From positions 1 through 64,000 of IMG/VR virus record IMGVR_UViG_3300036770_002122: a stretch of DNA of 64,000 nt; one strand, written 5' to 3'. How positions within the stretch are numbered: the first letter of the stretch is position 1; every line of letters begins with the position of its first letter. Under the pieces are notes generated by a model. The model saw only the letters and a program-made list of their open reading frames with translations. It was not told the origin of the DNA and made no database searches. Below, one piece after another: positions 57,801-64,000 of this stretch. The stretch comes from a virus. The position numbers and the translations under genes are program-made.

Positions 57801-59814
57801 AGTAAAGCCAACTCCAACTGCAATGCCACAGCAGCCACAAATTAATGTCGGCGGTGTACCTGCAACTAAACAAGATGGCTCATCAAACATGGGTGCTGTA
57901 ATGCAAAGCCGCGCAAACTTAAGCAATATTGGCCAGCAAGCAGCACAACAAATGCAAGAAGATGATTTAGATGAAATGGATAAAGGTGATTGGTTGAAGC
58001 ACAAAGCAAAAACTACACCAGGTGACACATTTAAGGCATTTGGTCAAACATTCAAAGATAAAGACGTTTCAGAAACATATGCATTTGAAGATTTAGAACA
58101 ACAATTAAACGCTTTATTAGAAAATAAAGTTGTTAATGAAGGTCTTTCGGTATCGATGTCAACTGGGCAACAAGGTAGCCCAGACAGCGTAAGCGTAACT
58201 GCTACAGACGGTGATAGTGAAAAACTATTATCATTCATTAAGCAAGTAGGTTTGGGCGGTTTATCAGATGCAGAACCAATTAATACTCCTGCTGAACCAG
58301 CAGTTGTTGCAACAGTAAGTGATTACGGCGCGCCTAAATTCAGCGGTCATGAAATGCCAAGCATGGATGATTTGCTATCAAAATTAACAGGCATCGAATC
58401 ACATGACGATCATGGTCATGATCATGGGCATGGTGATGAAGAATCAACATGTAACGAATGCGGCATGATGGAAAGTTCATGCGGCTGCGAAAAAAAAACT
58501 GAAGAAGTTTTAGAAACTACAGTTGAAGCGCAGGTAAAATCAGATCAACTTGACGAAGCAGCACCTGCATTAGCAGCACTAGGTAGATTAGCAGGTCTTG
58601 CAGGACGCGCAGCATTAGCAAATCCTGGTAAGGCTGCTATGCTTGCAAAGCGTGCCGCAAGCGCATTCAAAAAAGATAAAGAAGAAGTAGACGAAACCGA
58701 AACATTAGATCAACGCGAATTTATGGTCGCTGAAGATGACGGTGAAGGCTATGAACAAAGTCAAGCAGATGCAGGCAAGATTGATAGCGCATTAGCATTA
58801 AGCGGCGCATCAAAGGGCGGCGCAACTAACGAAGATGCCATGGATCTAGGCTTAGGCGGATCAATGAAAGATATGATGTCAAAATTAGGAGACATTGAAA
58901 ATAAATCAATGTCAACTAATACTTCAAATGACACATCATCATATACTGTAGATGGCAAACCAGCAACTAAAGATGAATATGATAATGCTATGAAGAATTT
59001 CAAGATGCCAACAATGCCAACAATGCCGACTATGCCAAAAATGCCTAACATGCCAGCAGGTATGGAACTTCCTGAATTGCCAGAACTTCCTGATTTATCT
59101 GATTTAGGCATGGGCGCTGCTGGCGGTGATGACAATGTAAGCATGTCAAGACAAGAATATAATGATCTTATCAATGCAGCATTACCTGGCGTAACTGTTA
59201 CAGGCAAAAGAGTAGGTGGCGACGATGAGTTGCAACCAGTAACTATTGCTAGCAAAAAGAGAGAATTGCCTGGAAGTGATGATGAGTTACAACCAGTAAC
59301 TATTCAATCAAAGAAGCGTGAAATGCCTGCAGGTGATGACACATTTGTAGCAAAAGCAGATGATGCTGAAATTGCAAATATTAAAAAGTCACTAGACGAC
59401 ATGATGAAAGATATCATGCCTAGAATGGCAGGTCGTGACCAAGATTGGTTAGACGCTCAACAAGATCAACAACTAGCAACACAAGGTGCTGCAGGAGATT
59501 GGTTCAGAAGTGCATTAGGTAGAGGGGCAAATTTAAATGATCCTAATACTAGAGCAAAACTTGATCGTCTTGCTAAGAAAGCACAAACTAATGAGCAAGA
59601 AAAGTTAGATGAATGGGCAAATGATGCAGGTCAAAAAGGCACAGATGCAGCATTCACCCGTGATACAGACTTTATGACTCAAACTATCAGCGGTGGATTG
59701 AACAAGCCTAAGTCAACAGGTCAAACTACAATCCCTGTTATTGCTGGTCAAGAAGCAAGAGAAGGCGACGAAGATGTGCAAGCCTGGAAGAAATTAGCAG
59801 GTCTAGCGAAGTAA
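54871..59814 (+). CDS. Giant modular protein, putative head-internal/ejection polyprotein
   Basis: 1647 aa, low complexity; more than 20 hydrophobic-x-E sites; internal repeats; TonB-box-like motifs; LAG motifs. Confidence 0.55.
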   Translation: MEFKKFLELVNEAESTAEKDDKAKKAGEEVTKDIEYDEGHKGSDDERAEKAGKKVAADIRYDDKKDKKKSLKEYFEETEQEIINEGQFPIPVVGPDNKPIAGQSGFLNVSVPGQAGVAVNDMLRRLGARGLSIILPPNRIQQQQQQQALAAAKRASVQTSGKQVAEETVDEGIDDVVKLGTKYGDDIAKQFSNFASGFKNPQGAMNLPNQSLASKAGAATSRGGPAIGAGAGAAGMAALGGDDKPAADNKPAAVAADNKPAAAAPAAPEAPAAPAEPVAPEAPAVDTAPPAPPSDEIDRIQQLAGMSDEEKYGKVGAEIRKLDPEAYKNRPRDYQGNIDLLNKLRAQKADDTTAPPAADTKADDKPADAKADEKPADAADASDELEPVTVTGKRTQPADQDKEGDAELGRLLNLSGANTYDELGNWLKNRDKPAGSTEEPKAAEPAKEPESKPEEPAVDAAGEEPAVDAAGEEPAPAAAIEPKTSYRVVDPSTGRARNVSKEKYDQMVARGQIDKDKGLDYQFKVRDPDGSIRTVKQGDPDWQKYADQAEKTVASNYNQLQGEPEGEEGEEGEEKSGRPSLFRRLFNIGKDDEGYYLGKKRGRDNAPDDTEEKSELSEGKLAEKWEGDVKVEPTGEYKNKTKAQLQAMLARLHKTGPHKKGSKEAKQQSQINFALRAKGGWKKGEGAAMKSVEEDATAAQPSKLQQRHQDNFAAKQQAAHSKQDSQAKDYLASKGVSDQNAAKLMAKPMREEKVDEKFASQQQAKLMYAAAGDKKVAKKTGVSQDVAKEFIKKSHGQKVSKLPKKVKEAEIPKSGPDYGAGLGAGRSDNVLEAKPDFIDLDKDGDKKESMKKAAADKKKKKVNESMSNLLKAAYSEGYVHGLREQPCRVKHYQDMEEAKHYFEGYKCGLEECYGLVPGRGYVDEESSQDVVDNMASFGAVGVEENTNQNMAAVPVQKAQAGQVNTSATNPAPQQNVPVKPTPTAMPQQPQINVGGVPATKQDGSSNMGAVMQSRANLSNIGQQAAQQMQEDDLDEMDKGDWLKHKAKTTPGDTFKAFGQTFKDKDVSETYAFEDLEQQLNALLENKVVNEGLSVSMSTGQQGSPDSVSVTATDGDSEKLLSFIKQVGLGGLSDAEPINTPAEPAVVATVSDYGAPKFSGHEMPSMDDLLSKLTGIESHDDHGHDHGHGDEESTCNECGMMESSCGCEKKTEEVLETTVEAQVKSDQLDEAAPALAALGRLAGLAGRAALANPGKAAMLAKRAASAFKKDKEEVDETETLDQREFMVAEDDGEGYEQSQADAGKIDSALALSGASKGGATNEDAMDLGLGGSMKDMMSKLGDIENKSMSTNTSNDTSSYTVDGKPATKDEYDNAMKNFKMPTMPTMPTMPKMPNMPAGMELPELPELPDLSDLGMGAAGGDDNVSMSRQEYNDLINAALPGVTVTGKRVGGDDELQPVTIASKKRELPGSDDELQPVTIQSKKREMPAGDDTFVAKADDAEIANIKKSLDDMMKDIMPRMAGRDQDWLDAQQDQQLATQGAAGDWFRSALGRGANLNDPNTRAKLDRLAKKAQTNEQEKLDEWANDAGQKGTDAAFTRDTDFMTQTISGGLNKPKSTGQTTIPVIAGQEAREGDEDVQAWKKLAGLAK

Positions 59815-59832
59815 TTTGTCGTTAATATAGTT

Positions 59833-59865
59833 AAAAATACCCGGCTAATCACCGGGTATTTTTTT
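59833..59865 (+). terminator. Rho-independent terminator
   Basis: AAAAATACCCGG...CCGGGTATTTTT. Confidence 0.85.
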
Positions 59866-59919
59866 GGCAATTGCTTTGCTATAAAAACGATAAATACTAT
59901 ATTAAAGGATATTGGATAG

Positions 59920-63330
<3,411 letters not shown>

Positions 63331-63339
63331 GGATAACAA

Positions 63340-64000
63340 ATGAGTAATCCAATTACATGGGTTACAGCGTCAGGTATAATAGGTGTATATCCTGCTGAAG
63401 TACCTATGATATATCGTCTTGCTGCGATGGCACAAGACCCATACACTATCACCAAATTTGAAATAATTAGTGGTACATTACCTATAGGATTATCATTTAG
63501 AAGTGATGGTAAAATTTCAGGAACTCCGGACGTTATAACTAATGATATTAGTAGTGAGTTTGTTGTTCGTGTAACTGCCAGTGACGGAATAAACACTGCT
63601 TTTAAAGACAGAACTTTTAGTATTACTATTACAGGTGAAGCCACTCCTCAATTTACTACTACTGAAGGATTATTGTTTACAACTGAAGATAGTAATTGGA
63701 TAGAATTTCCTATACAATATTCAAATCCTATTGAAACAAATCAAGTTTTAATACGTGTGCTTCAGGGTCAATTACCTCCAGGATTAGAAATAAATGAATT
63801 TGGTTTAATAAGAGGATATCCAGAACCACCAATTTCTCAAACTAATTTACAAGAAGTTACTACAACAGCCATAGCCTCAGATAATACAAATAATTCAGTT
63901 ACAGTTTTAAGCACTACAGATTTTTTTATTAATAGACCCATAGTATTTACGGGAGTAAGTTTTGGTGGCATAGAGTCAGACCAAGTATATTATATAAAAA
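63340..64000 (+). CDS. Large Ig-like-domain (He_PIG) structural protein, runs off the window end
   Basis: GAGGA RBS; MSNPITWVT; repeats SGTLPIGLSF...G.ISGTP and GQLPPGLEI...G.I.GYP; open to the end. Confidence 0.75.
   Translation, partial: MSNPITWVTASGIIGVYPAEVPMIYRLAAMAQDPYTITKFEIISGTLPIGLSFRSDGKISGTPDVITNDISSEFVVRVTASDGINTAFKDRTFSITITGEATPQFTTTEGLLFTTEDSNWIEFPIQYSNPIETNQVLIRVLQGQLPPGLEINEFGLIRGYPEPPISQTNLQEVTTTAIASDNTNNSVTVLSTTDFFINRPIVFTGVSFGGIESDQVYYIK

Noticed and set aside
55463-59255. Minus-strand and alternate-frame ORFs inside the 1647-aa gene
   Set aside because: Shadow ORFs arising from biased GCA/GAA codon use; no RBS or promoter support noticed

Overview
64 kb of a large, AT-rich T4-like (myovirus) phage genome, probably from an uncultured phage with a Gram-negative host (lipobox protein, IHF-like sites, TonB-box-like motifs). 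It is densely coding, mostly on the + strand, in the standard genetic code. Modules: lysis cassette (lipoprotein, 2-TM protein, GH19+M15 endolysin); terminase large subunit; a duplicated Gly-rich gene array; replication/recombination genes (gp32, UvsX, UvsY, UvsW, gp62-like, 3'-5' exonuclease, a miniature DnaE-like polymerase, primase, gp41 helicase); auxiliary genes (methyltransferase, PhyH dioxygenase, peptide deformylase, IscA, NUDIX, MazG, dNMP kinase); neck and tail genes (gp13, gp14, gp15, gp18, gp19, gp4, fibres); and HNH and MutH-like nucleases. The best candidate for an undescribed system is a pair of giant low-complexity proteins (896 and 1647 aa). They look like head-packaged polyproteins cut into modules by prohead-protease-type (hydrophobic)-x-E sites, and the larger carries amphipathic helices, Pro/Ala linkers and four TonB-box-like motifs. 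Also notable: a ~190-aa minimal family-C polymerase, widespread leaderless transcription from TAAATA late and sigma70 promoters, RBS-occluding hairpins over late promoters, and IHF-like sites at early promoters. All calls come from motif recognition by eye; no searches were run.
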